From assembly GCA_965243555.1 (NCBI GenBank), contig OZ251575.1:3269007-3333006 (forward strand): a stretch of 64,000 bases of DNA. Reading direction: 5' to 3'. Source of the stretch: Spirochaetia bacterium (GTDB lineage Bacteria > Spirochaetota > Spirochaetia > SZUA-6 > Bin103). How positions within the stretch are numbered: position 1 is the first letter of the stretch; each line of letters opens with the position of its first letter. This document shows positions 22,901 to 27,482 of the stretch, one piece after another. The notes below the pieces were generated by a model. That model did no database searches. It was not told where the DNA came from and saw nothing but the letters and a program-made list of their open reading frames with translations. Made by a program: the position numbers and the translations under genes.

Positions 22901-25851
22901 CCCCGGCGCTCACCATTGCGGCAGGCGAGACGACCAGCACCGGCACGGTGACCGTGACCGCGGTCGACAACACGGCGGACGCGCCGGACAAGCAGGTGAC
23001 CGTCTCCGCAACGGTCAGCGGCGACAGCGGCGTGGCGGCCCCGGCGGACCTGACGCTGACCATCAAGGACGACGAGGCGGCGCCGACCGTAACGCTGGCG
23101 CTATCCCACGGCGCCATCGACGAGAGCGGCGGCGCGACGACGGTCACCGCCACGCTGAGCCATCCATCGAGCGCCGCGACGACGATCACGGTCCCGGCGA
23201 TGGAGCGGGCCTACACGGTGGGGACGGACGCGACGATCACCATTGCCGCAGGCGAGACCGCAAACGCGGCGGACGACGTGACGATCACGGCCATCGACAA
23301 CGACGTACGTAGCGGCGACCGCGCGGTGCCCGTGACGGGGACGGTCGAGAACAGCCACGGCGCGGGGACGGTGACCGGCGCGGCGCTCACCATCCGCGAC
23401 GACGACGGCGGAACCGGATTCGCGCTGAACGGCTGGGTGGAAGATCAGCAGTGGACCCAGGGCCAGCCGATCACGCCGTTCACCTTGCCGGCCGCGGTCG
23501 GCGGCAGCGGCGACGTGAGCTACGCGCTGGCGCCGGAGCTGCCGGCCGGCGTGAGCCGGGACGCTGACACCCGCGAGGTAACGGGCGCGCCGGCGGCGGC
23601 CCGTGCGGAGACCGAGTACACCTGGACCGCCACCGACAGCGTGGGCGCTACGGTGAGCGTCACGTTCACGATCGAGGTCGCCGCCAGTTCCGGCCAGACC
23701 GATACCCCGCCGCGCAGGCCACCGCCGCCGGGGGGCTCGGCTCCGCCCGCTGCCGCGGCGGCGGTTCCGGTCACGGTGTCGATCGGCGACGCGTCGATCA
23801 TGGAGGGCAACGGGACCACGGTCGAAGCCGAGTTCACGGTGACGTTGGACCGGGAGAGCCCGGTGCCGGTCACGGTGTCGTTCGTCACCAAGGACGACAC
23901 CGCCATCGCCGGGGCCGACTACGAGCACTGCGACGGCGTCGTGACCTTCGCGCCCGGCCAGACCAGGCAGATGATCACGGTGCCGGTGCTGCCCGACACG
24001 ACGGTGGAGGCGAACGAGGAGTTCATGGTGGCGCTGGCCGGGGAGGAGCACGTGCTGCTGGAACGGGAGGTCGCCCGCGGCCGGATCGGCGACAACGACG
24101 TGGCGCTGCTGGCGATCGACGACACCCGGGTCAAGGAGGGCGACCGCGGCGCGGCGGCGGCGTGGTTCGAGGTGCGGATGATCTCCAAGACCGAGCGGCC
24201 GGTGCTGCTCCGCTACGCGACCATGGACGGGACGGCGCGCGCGGGCCAGGACTACCGGGCGGCCGGCGACGTGCTGGTGTTTGCGCCGGGCGAGGCGGCC
24301 AAGCGGTTTGCGGTGACGGTGCTGGGCGACACCGAGCCGGAGGAGCACGAGACGTTCGGCGTGACCCTGTACGACGCCGAACAGCAGGACGCGAGCGCCG
24401 GGCTGGCCGCCGAGGGGACGATCGAAGACGACGACCGGGCACGCCTGCAGCGCGCGCTGCGGCGCGCCCACGCGGAGTTTGCGCGGGTGGTGGCCACCGA
24501 GGCGGTGGCCGTGATCGGGGAGCGGTTCGCGGCGGGTGGGGCGGCCGAATCGCAAGTTACCCTGCACGGCCAGCGGCTGGCGCCGACAGCGGAACAAGGG
24601 GCTCCCGCCACCGAGTGGCCGCCGGCGGCGGAGGACGGCGCATCAATGAGTCAGGTGCCGCTGGGCGAGTACCTGGCCGCGAGCTCCTTCGACCTGGTGG
24701 GGCCGGCGCCGGGACCGGAGTGGAGCATTTGGAGCCGCGGCTCACTCGGCTATTACGGCGGCGGGCAGAACGAACCGCAGAGCGCAACCTGGGACGGCGG
24801 AATCTACGGCGGCTATCTGGGAGCGGATATCCGAGTGGCGGATCCGCTGGTGCTGGGGTTGGCGGTGTCGTTCAACGCCGGCTCGATGGCGTATCAGGAG
24901 AGTGACGCCGGCGGCGCCAAGCACGAGGTGAACGTGGGCACGTGGCTTACCGGCGTGCTGCCCTACGCGCACTGGACGCCGGCGGAGAGCGTGGACCTGT
25001 GGACGCTGGCCGGGGCGGGACTGGGCGTCAGCGACGTAACCCGGAACCAGCACCGCTGGCAGACCAACAACCTGTTGTGGCTGGGCGCGGCGGGAGGCCG
25101 CGTAACCGTGTTGTCCGGGAACTGGCTGGACCTGGCGCTGGCGACGGACGGCTACTACGCCTCGCTGAGCGCGGAGTCGCAGGACGACGCGTGGCTGACG
25201 CAGGGCCTGGAGCCCGCCGGGGTGGGCCGCGTGCGTCTGCTGGCGGACGCGCGCTTCGACTGGCAGCTAGCGGCCGACTCGCGGCTGGGACTGAACCTGG
25301 AGGTGGGCGGCCGCTGGGACGCCGGCGCCGCCGCGCAGGGGTTCGGCGCCGAACTTGGGGGCGGTCTGGACTACCTGTACACCGCGCTGGGGCTGGGGGT
25401 GCGGGCGAACGGGCGCTTGTTGCTGGCGCATCAGGAGCGCGAGTTCCGCGACTGGGGAGCGAGCGCGGCGCTGACCTTCGATCCGGGCGCTCCGGGCCGC
25501 GGGCTGGCGCTGGCGGTGACGCCGGCGTGGGGGGCGCCGAGCAGCCAGGCGGCGGAGGTATGGAACGCGGCGCCGCTGGCCGCGACCACCGCCGGGGCGG
25601 CGCGCGACGGCGCCGGGCTGCGCCCGGACCGGCTGGACGCGGAGCTGAGTTACGGCATCGAGACGCCCGGCGCGGGGCTGGTGACCGTATACGGCGCCCT
25701 CTCCCAGGGTCCGCCGGACAGCACCGGCTACCGGGTCGGCAGCCGCCTGGCCCTCGGCGGGCTCAACCTCGACCTGTCAGCGGACCTCCGGGAACACCCC
25801 GGCAGTCCGCCCGACCACCGCCTCGCCCTCGCCGGCACTCTCCACTGGTAA
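4954..25851 (+). CDS. Giant (6965 aa) secreted repeat protein: signal peptide, Ig-like/He_PIG domains, ~110-aa D-x-D-x-DG modules, Calx-beta-like tandem array, C-terminal autotransporter-type beta-barrel
   Basis: Signal peptide 'RRSTTIAGVAAAAVLAALLCAAVPAAA|QS'. Repeated 'LP.ATGG.G...Y.L.PALP.GL......ISGTP......Y.W.ATD.DGD' (putative Ig). Canonical Calx-beta ('GTDY....GTLTF.PGETSKTVTV.V.GD...EPNETV...L......G.G.IEDDD'). Terminal ~375 aa alternate hydrophobic residues and end 'LALAGTLHW'. The start codon is uncertain (see findings). Confidence 0.9.
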   Translation: MHLGGGGGGGAAVIAARRSTTIAGVAAAAVLAALLCAAVPAAAQSDPLSFGSATVDSRLYDTGTAITPIVLPEAAGGTGAVSYTLAPATLPRGLTWTASTRTIAGTPSQVTAAATYTWTATDAGGVAVALTFSLQVWAPAGPAINGVDVLVETVNGVTKSNYQSGETIKLLLQYPEKVAVTGTPQLALDVGGRTRTAGYDAAETAELRQEWAGDTADVLAFAYTVRADDFDGDGAAVAADALRLNGGTIRTVAAATDVKLSLGSHAAASGGTVSAKMRVRDTAPSFSHAASAAGRSLARGVATSTTLPRATGGDGALTYTISPALPRGLALGSATATITGTPAASGATTHTLTAADADGDRAALGPFTITVAAANAPKPSALTIVPPVGFDGDYAAGEVIWAIVTFDRAVTITGAPQLALTIGAHVRQAAYSSISSDPDDISFKYTVTAADFDGDGISIGSAALTLNGGGITGAGDAAVAAARDLSAYDLANDGRYTVRDTQPAFGSASIGNKTYPTGTAVNESLPAATGGDGTVRYSLTPALPAGLAFDAGRRRIHGTPTAQAAGADYTYRATDGDGDGAALTFRLAVTSVPTVSGVTVSSRPASGSAYGVAETISVEVRFDQAVTVTTPNPSLELTVGSNARSAAFASKPNASTLRFSYRVQADDDDDDGIGIAAGALTLTGAGTLRDATGTRNANLALGSHAIAAAAGHQVDTPPIISGVAITSTPAGGNYAAGDVISVRLTFTELVFVRSDEPTVALTIGADTRTAAWHSGSGGSPSTHTFTYTVQASDFDGDGISIAAGAVTANGGFLTYSGSDDPFRQALVGLGSHAVTDDGDHRVRDTAPAFSAAVPAQHYVAGTAASLTLPTATGDGSISYELTSTLPGGLAYGSATRAISGTPQAAGAASEQTWVATDGDGDETALTFTITVASAAAPKVSALTFLSSPRTGDTYGAGEEIAVGLKFDESVTKTGTPRLALAIGARTRYANYYASPSSLTGHHHVFSYTVQGADRDADGIGIGASALELNGGSLAQSSDAGVAASLALGSFAVAAAGSHKVDGGANAAPAVRAVGIQSRPVAASGYAAGDVIRLSVGFTEALTVTGAPRLAIRIGTTTRQATFDRAELKSLHFRYTVLVSDDDANGISMAADALTLPAGATVRDAHGADAALGLGTRALANQLEHKVHTPPKVTGLSIVSTPQQAGTYTRGGVFTARVSYDQAVTVAGSPRLALTVGGQTRAATAAAGSGNAYVDFSYTVAAGDTDADGLGITGAALTLPTGATIRDAGATDAALGLSRYAATRYAAAKVDGSRTGLWPDFGVAAGPDLSMLTNRVVNYALHSSCGPLHVGCALPTSATGDAPLVYTVSPALPAGLSLSRSTAVLTGAATVAAPSTRHTLTVTDANGDTDAVTFTLAVVGARPTVRGVSFLSSPAADGTYARNEEIRVAVRFRRQGAAALAVTGAPRLALQVGGAARQAAYYGVSGDEVRFRYTVQAADRDADGVAVAAGALTLNGGAIRDAAGNAAVLGLGRHALSGQAAHKVDGGVTRAPSVAGVTITSRPATGDTYSRGETVEVAVRFSQGVGVTGSPRLALGIGSATRQAGYDRAGATSATQYFRYVVRQADVDADGLSIGSGALTLNNGAIRSNAGANAALALGSHAITNASNAKVNGALNSPAIVTGVAVTSRPATGDTFRIGEEIRVRVTFSKAVVAARRTFRQGNPGWPRLALTVGSHTRHAALKVSTQYTERAPASTTLEFGYTVPAGDYDGDGFGITDGALDVNLGGISRGGVAATLGLGSHAVSAAAYKVDGRRAAVSGVTITSRPSADNTYAAGEVIRVAVTFNLPIRVTATAPNVPALGLLVGSTTRQMAYAGAGANSIAFSYAVQAADRDADGVSVVSRGLSLNGAVIDTAANGNPAVTGLSGFSVQGGAGHKVDGSIRPPVVRSLLIGAPQRGSTFDRYEVIGINVKFSQGVTVTGTPRLSLVIGSSTKTLDLASASGSQLRFEYEVQAGDADGNGVDVPANSLALNGGTIRNQYGVNAALGHGSIRNYVTNASTPNVNGAANHPPVVVSAGFAGRPAGGVYGKGDAIDVVVNWGKPVTVTGTPQLALDVGSGTRQAGSHSGSQRYTRFRYVVVADDRDSDGIGFGSGALTLNGATITGPGGTTASLTLPAVAADANRRVDGRVLMQPAFTGTVSARTWVVGSAVSYALPAAVGARGAISYALRPALPDGLQFSAASRTISGTPTTVTALATYTLEATDGVTGAKGALSFSIEITANAAPVFIPNTFAAQVYVKDEAISPVALPAATGGNGALSYALTGPGAATTLTLPAGVAYTAPTGANTGGTISGTPTAVAAQASYTLTATDADDDQATLTFTLEVQDDAAPTFGAASVANQSWRRYKALTAFTLPAATGGNGPLTYTLSPALPAGAAKDASHRISGAPTVAMDATTYTWRATDRDGDRAEITFTITVADNSLPAFTGLAPTSYAWTRYKSVSGILPVALGGDPPLSYALSPALPAGVARAASPRAGAEPEEPVVDSHNRTLAGAPTAAMTRTAYAWTVTDADGDRATWSLAITVLDNGRPDFGAATIPDQSWTRRRAITAFTLPAATGGDGSVSYALSPALPSGVTKDAGHRVSGAPAAALAQTEYTWTATDGDGDQASLTFDVIVADRPQAALVLTPSTIAESGTGNAATVTATLDRAVSAATTVTVAAAAGTNAEAGDFTLSANKTLTIAAGDTTSTGAVTITAVNNADAELDKSVTVSGSVSNQDVDAPDDVTLTITDDDRPSTPTLFIDAPSVTEGGTGDANTLEWTVTLLPASTQRVQVGVAVNSTGTATVGTLRTRAQRGADHGFPPEPTLVFAAGVTTQTVPVTVYGDATPEPDETVVMELSNPSNASLGNATGTGTILDDDAPAVTLAVADNAIAENGGTTTVTATLKRAWSAATTVTVTAVAGAYTVGADATITIAAGETANAADSVTITAVDDAVDNVGDRAVTVTGTATESAHVTGAALTLTDDEATPEATLALSDATIDEHDGTNPGSATVTATLNRASSEAVTLTVAAAAGTNAAATDFTLSSANTLTIAAGETSSTGTVTVTAVDNTADAPDKQVTVSATVSGNSGVATPADVTLTIEDDEAAPTVALAVADASISENGGSTTVTATLSHASSAATTITVTAVSGAYTVGSDTTITIAAGETTNASDTVTVTSVDDAMDNVGDRSTTVTGTAANAQAAAESATVSVTGAALTLTDDEATPEAALALSPATIDEHDGTNTGSATVTATLNRASSEAVTVTVGAAAGTNAASGDFSLSRAKTLTIVAGDTSSTGTVTVTAVDNTADAPDKEVTVSAVVSGNSGVAAPSAVTLTIEDDEAAPTVALAVADSSISENGGTTTVTATLSHASSAATTITVQPVSGAYTVGADATITIAAGATSNAADTATITAVDDATDNVGNRSATVTGTAQNSHDVGAVTGAALTLTDDETTPTATLALSDATIDEYDGTNPGSATVTATLNRASTEAVTLTVAAAAGTNAASGDFSLSSAETLTIAAGDTSSTGTVTVTSVDNTVDAPDKQVTVSATVSGNSGVADPASVTLTIEDDEAAPTVALALADSSISENGGTTTVTATLSHASSAATTITVQPEAGAYTVGADATITIAAGETSNAPDTATITAVDDAIDNVANRTATVTGTAANAQAAAESATVSVTGAALTLTDDEGAPTATLALSDATIDEHDGTNPGSATVTATLNRASTEAVTLTVATTAGTNAVASDFSLSSAKTLTIAAGDTSSTGTVTVTAVDNTADAPDKQVTVSATVSGNSGVADPASVTLTIEDDEAAPTVALALADSSISENGGSTTVTATLSHPSSAATTITVQPEAGAYTVGADATITIAAGETSNAADTATITAVDDATDNVVNRSATVTGTAQNSHDVGAVTGAALTLTDDETTPTATLALSDATIDEHDGTNPGSATVTATLNRASSEAVTLTVAVAAGTNAAATDYNLSSAKTLTIAAGDTSSTGTVTVTAVNNTVDAPDKQVTVSATASGNSGVADPSSVTLTIEDDEAAPTVTLAVADASISENGGATTVTATLSHASSAATTVTVTAVAGAYTVGADATITIAAGETTNATDSVTITAVNDAVDNVGDRAVTVTGTAANAQAAAESQTVTVTGVALTLTDDETTPTATLALSDATIDEHDGTNPGASTVTATLNRASTEAVTLTVAATAGTNAASGDFSLSSAKTLTIAAGDTTSTGTVTVTAVDNTVDAPDKQVTVSATVSGNSGVAAPASVTLTIEDDEAAPTVALAVADAAISENGGTSTVTATLSHASSAATTVTVQPEAGAYTVGADATITIAAGETSNATDSVTITAVDDSIDNVANRSTTVSGTAQNSHDVGTVTGASLTLTDDEGAPTATLALSDATIDEHDGTNPGSATVTATLNRASTEAVTLTVAASAGTNAASGDFSLSSAKTLTIVAGDTSSTGTVTVTAVDNTADAPDKEVTVSAVVSGNSGVAAPSAVTLTIKDDEAAPTVVLAVADAMISENGGSTTVTATLSHASSAATTITVQPVSGAYTVGADATITIAAGATSNAADTATITAVDDATDNVGNRSATVTGTAQNSHDVGAVTGAALTLTDDETTPTATLALSDATIDEHDGTNAGSATVTATLNRASSEAVTLTVAAAGTNAASGDFSLSTTKTLTIAAGNTSSTGTVTVTAVDNTVDAPDKQVTVSAAVSGNSGVADPSSVTLTIEDDEATPTVALAVADSAISENGGTTTVTATLSHASSAATTITVQPEAGAYTVGADATITIAAGETSNAADTATITAVDDATDNVVNRSATVTATAQNSHDVGAVTGAALTLTDDEATPTATLALSPATIDEHDGTNPGSSTVTATLNRASSEAVTLTVAAAAGTNAASGDFSLSSAQTLTIAAGDTSSTGTVTVTAVDNTVDAPDKQVTVSATVSGDSGVATPSSVTLTIEDDEAAPKVTLVLSPSSISEDGGQATVTATLSHASSAATTVTVAAAAGAHTAAADFSLSANKVLAIAAGTTTSTGAVTISAVDDDDDAPNDKTVSVSATAANSHGAGNPNAVILTITDDDVDLKPTFGGAQVASRLWLTATVIPRLVLPRATGGDGTLTYTLSPALPSWLSRNGFLVTGTTPGDPTSQVEYTWKVEDEDGDEDSVKFLAAVIRPGDPPLLVNPPGIVVNTGDLPALALSSPRVTEGASGTTSALTWTVTLSKASTAQVTVKYADAGTGTAASGTDYAALSGGTLTFAPGETSKTVTVTVTGDGVDEPNETVKVSLSEPVNARLPVSAATGTGTIEDDDAAPAVTLAVADSAISENGGTTTVTATLSHASSAATAITVTAVSGAYTVGADATITIAAGETTNATDTATVTAVNDAIDNVGNRAVTVTGTAANAQAAADSATVSVTGAALTLTDDEATPEVTLALSPAAIDEHDGTNPGSATVTATLNRASSEAVTLTVAAAAGTNAAAGDFSLSSAKTLTIAAGDTSSTGTVTVTAVDNTVDAPDKEVTVSATVSGNSGVAAPSAVTLTIEDDDAAPAVTLVVADSAISENGGTTTVTATLSHASSAATTITVTAVSGAYTVGADATIAIAAGATSNAADTVTITAVNDAIDNVVNRSTTVTGTAANAQAAAESQTVAVTGAALTLTDDEGAPTATLALSDAAIDEHDGTNPGASTVTATLNRASTEAVTLTVEATAGTNAASGDFSLSSAKTLTIAAGDTSSTGTVTVTAVDNTVDGPDKQVTVSATVSGNSGVAAPSAVTLTIEDDEDAPTVTLAVADSAISENGGTTTVTATLSHASSAATTSTVTAVSGAYTVGSDATITIAAGETSNAADSVTIAAVDDAIDNVGDRTVTVTGTAQNEHDVGEVTGATLTLTDDEGAPEVTLALSPAAIDEHDGTNPGASTVTATLNRASTEAVTLTVAAAAGTNTVAADFALSDTPALTIAAGETTSTGTVTVTAVDNTADAPDKQVTVSATVSGDSGVAAPADLTLTIKDDEAAPTVTLALSHGAIDESGGATTVTATLSHPSSAATTITVPAMERAYTVGTDATITIAAGETANAADDVTITAIDNDVRSGDRAVPVTGTVENSHGAGTVTGAALTIRDDDGGTGFALNGWVEDQQWTQGQPITPFTLPAAVGGSGDVSYALAPELPAGVSRDADTREVTGAPAAARAETEYTWTATDSVGATVSVTFTIEVAASSGQTDTPPRRPPPPGGSAPPAAAAAVPVTVSIGDASIMEGNGTTVEAEFTVTLDRESPVPVTVSFVTKDDTAIAGADYEHCDGVVTFAPGQTRQMITVPVLPDTTVEANEEFMVALAGEEHVLLEREVARGRIGDNDVALLAIDDTRVKEGDRGAAAAWFEVRMISKTERPVLLRYATMDGTARAGQDYRAAGDVLVFAPGEAAKRFAVTVLGDTEPEEHETFGVTLYDAEQQDASAGLAAEGTIEDDDRARLQRALRRAHAEFARVVATEAVAVIGERFAAGGAAESQVTLHGQRLAPTAEQGAPATEWPPAAEDGASMSQVPLGEYLAASSFDLVGPAPGPEWSIWSRGSLGYYGGGQNEPQSATWDGGIYGGYLGADIRVADPLVLGLAVSFNAGSMAYQESDAGGAKHEVNVGTWLTGVLPYAHWTPAESVDLWTLAGAGLGVSDVTRNQHRWQTNNLLWLGAAGGRVTVLSGNWLDLALATDGYYASLSAESQDDAWLTQGLEPAGVGRVRLLADARFDWQLAADSRLGLNLEVGGRWDAGAAAQGFGAELGGGLDYLYTALGLGVRANGRLLLAHQEREFRDWGASAALTFDPGAPGRGLALAVTPAWGAPSSQAAEVWNAAPLAATTAGAARDGAGLRPDRLDAELSYGIETPGAGLVTVYGALSQGPPDSTGYRVGSRLALGGLNLDLSADLREHPGSPPDHRLALAGTLHW
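4962..4984 (+). repeat. Homopolymeric G tract, 23 nt
   Basis: Counted directly as 9+10+4 G between T4961 and C4985. It starts 6 nt after the only in-frame canonical start (TTG 4954) of the giant ORF. Confidence 0.98.
11521..12975 (+). other. Cluster of 5 consecutive putative-Ig (He_PIG / dystroglycan-cadherin-like) domains within the giant ORF
   Basis: Five ~85-100-aa units, each with 'LPAATGG(N/D)G.(L/V)SY.L.PALP.G.......(I/V)SG.PT......Y.(W/L).ATD.D.D'. Confidence 0.7.
13698..23410 (+). repeat. Tandem coding array of ~12 near-identical double units (A ~110-117 aa, B ~118 aa; 690/705-bp period) of Calx-beta-like domains, interrupted at ~19950-20985
   Basis: The junction 'TLTDDE..P..TLALS.A.IDEHDGTN' recurs 12 times. 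Equal-length 227-aa antisense shadow ORFs recur at 14517, 15912, 17307, 21111 and 21816, which shows the nucleotide-level periodicity. Confidence 0.9.
23761..24435 (+). other. Two canonical Calx-beta domains preceding the translocator region of the giant ORF
   Basis: 'IMEGNGTTVEAEFTVTLDRES...GADYEHCDGVVTFAPGQTRQMITVPVLPDT..EANEEF' and 'VKEGDRG...GQDYRAAGDVLVFAPGEAAKRFAVTVLGDTEPEEHETF...GTIEDDD'. Confidence 0.75.
24721..25851 (+). other. Autotransporter-like (type Va) outer-membrane beta-barrel domain of the giant ORF
   Basis: Preceded by a helical linker 'ARLQRALRRAHAEFARVVATEAVAVIGERF'. Contains 'WSIWSRGSLGYYGG...GGIYGGYLGADIRV...GLAVSFN' and dyad-repeat beta-strand patterns, and ends in an aromatic residue (...TLHW). 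Confidence 0.7.
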
Positions 25852-25862
25852 CGCACCCGGAT

Positions 25863-27083
25863 TCAGCCGGATAGGCCGAATTGCGGCCGGACTTGCCCGC
25901 TGCCGACGAATTGGGACAACAGCCGATAGTTCCGGCGCTCGTACCGAACCCTCCCGGCTATCGTGGCCGGATGGACCCGCAGGCGCTGGGCCAGGCTCGT
26001 GACCGCCAGCGGTGTCGGCGCCTCCCGCACCGTGCTCGTTTCCCAGACCGCGCGCGGGATGAGCGCCTCCGCGGCCCATGCGTCCGCCTCCGCCTCGCGC
26101 CGGTCTTCCATTGCCGCCTCCGGCGTGCGCAGTGACTGGTCGTCGACGAAGGTGGCGCCGGCATCGTCGGCCAAGTGGCGGCCGACGTGCGCGAGCTCGT
26201 GCAATAGACAGAACCAGAAGCCGTCAATGCGGTCGTAGCGCAGGGTCAGCGCTACCACCGGCCGGCCGTCGCCGAGGCGCAGCGCCGCGCCGTCGAGATG
26301 GGTGCGCGGCAGGTGCCGCTCAATGACCAGCGGGATGCCGTGCGCCGCCAAGTACGCTTGTGCGAGCCGCGGGCCATCCTCCTTGCAACTCAGCCGCGCG
26401 ACCCGCCGGAGGAAATCCGGGGTGACCGTTCCTGGCGTGTAGCTCGCTTCCGACGGTTTCCGATTGGCCGTCGCTAACACCTGCCAGCACCACGCCTGCA
26501 GTGCGTACCGGTCGGTCTTGGCGTTGGTGCGCAAGCGGTCGTTCTTGCGGTACAGGGCGGCAGGCGCCACGCCCCGGCCGCCGGCGCGCTCAATCAGATT
26601 GCCGAGCAGCTCCTCCGCCCGCCGCGCGAGGTCAGGGAGATTCGGAATCCATTGCCGCTTGGCCATTTCTCTGAGCGGAAACCGGCTCCACTCGATGTCC
26701 GCCAACGATTGCTCGGCGGCTGGCGCCGGCTCGCGCAGCAGCACGTCCGCCGGAATCCCCAGATGCCGGTGGAGGGCGCGCGCCATCGGCATGGTGATGG
26801 CGCGCTTGCCGGAGAGCACCTCCGACACCTTGGCGCGGCTGCCGATGTAGGGGACCAGATCGCGCGGCGTCAGCCCCGCCTGATCCATGCGGAACTCGAG
26901 CGCGGCGATGGGGCTCGGGGGCTCCATCGGCACGTGCTTGTTCTCGTAGGACTCGACCAGGTCGACCAGCACGTCGAGCTCCTCGCCCTCCGGGGTCCCG
27001 AACTCCGCATCCATCAGTTCATCGACCCGGGCGAGCGCGGCCGCATAGTCCGCTTCGGTCCGGATCGGCTTGACCTCGGCCAT
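25863..27083 (-). CDS. higA: HigA-type XRE antitoxin fused to an ImmA/IrrE (COG2856) HEXXH metallopeptidase domain
   Basis: The N-terminal ~120 aa match HigA ('IRTEADYAAALARVDELM...SRAKVSEVLSGKRAITMPMARALHRHLGIPADVLL'). The C-terminal ~285 aa carry 'FCLLHELAHVGRH'. The start lies 2 nt after the higB stop, preceded by GGAGGAGG. Confidence 0.85.
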   Translation of the reverse strand: MAEVKPIRTEADYAAALARVDELMDAEFGTPEGEELDVLVDLVESYENKHVPMEPPSPIAALEFRMDQAGLTPRDLVPYIGSRAKVSEVLSGKRAITMPMARALHRHLGIPADVLLREPAPAAEQSLADIEWSRFPLREMAKRQWIPNLPDLARRAEELLGNLIERAGGRGVAPAALYRKNDRLRTNAKTDRYALQAWCWQVLATANRKPSEASYTPGTVTPDFLRRVARLSCKEDGPRLAQAYLAAHGIPLVIERHLPRTHLDGAALRLGDGRPVVALTLRYDRIDGFWFCLLHELAHVGRHLADDAGATFVDDQSLRTPEAAMEDRREAEADAWAAEALIPRAVWETSTVREAPTPLAVTSLAQRLRVHPATIAGRVRYERRNYRLLSQFVGSGQVRPQFGLSG

Positions 27084-27085
27084 TT

Positions 27086-27379
27086 CTACACCTCCTCCAC
27101 GTTCACGGCGTCATATTCGGCGTGGGTCCCCACGAACCGCACGTAGACGGTGCGGTATCGATAGTTGATCTTCGCCACCAGCCGGTAGGCGTTGCCCTTG
27201 ACGTTGAACACCACGCGGTTGCCGGCGACGATGCTGGCGCTTGGATAGCGCGCCTTCACCTTGGCGGTCGTATCCCAATCTGCCTGCCGTACTTCTTGGT
27301 ACCAAGCGCGCAACGGCTGCTCCGCCTCCCGGTGACGCTCCCAGAACTCCCGCAACGTCCTCTTGGTGAGTACCCTCAT
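27086..27379 (-). CDS. higB: HigB-family (RelE-fold) mRNA interferase toxin
   Basis: 97 aa. 'VFNVKGNAYRLVAKINYRYRTVYVRFVGTHAEYD' closely parallels E. coli HigB 'VFNVGGNELRVVAMVFF...CYIREVMTHKEYD'. Confidence 0.9.
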   Translation of the reverse strand: MRVLTKRTLREFWERHREAEQPLRAWYQEVRQADWDTTAKVKARYPSASIVAGNRVVFNVKGNAYRLVAKINYRYRTVYVRFVGTHAEYDAVNVEEV

Positions 27380-27482
27380 TCAATATACTTCGCTCCCAAA
27401 ACCAATGCAAGTACCAGGATAGGAAATAGTGCCGCATTGGTCGAGGGCCCGCGGCGACCGGTCCCCCTTTGCTCTGCGCGGC

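Noticed and set aside
13698-23410. Regular repeat array considered as a possible CRISPR or other non-coding array
   Set aside because: The units are 690-705 bp, contiguous with no spacers, and maintain one open reading frame encoding Calx-beta-like domains. This is a protein repeat array, not CRISPR.
5008-25053. Dozens of long ORFs on the minus strand and in alternative plus frames inside the giant gene (for example 5812-7962, 8901-12341, 9079-12273, 19612-21768 and 23101-24597, plus the recurring 227-aa ORFs)
   Set aside because: All lie within one continuous, domain-rich +1-frame ORF. They inherit periodicity from its repeats, and their products are compositionally biased (R/G/A/P or V/A/T/S strings), so they are shadow ORFs.
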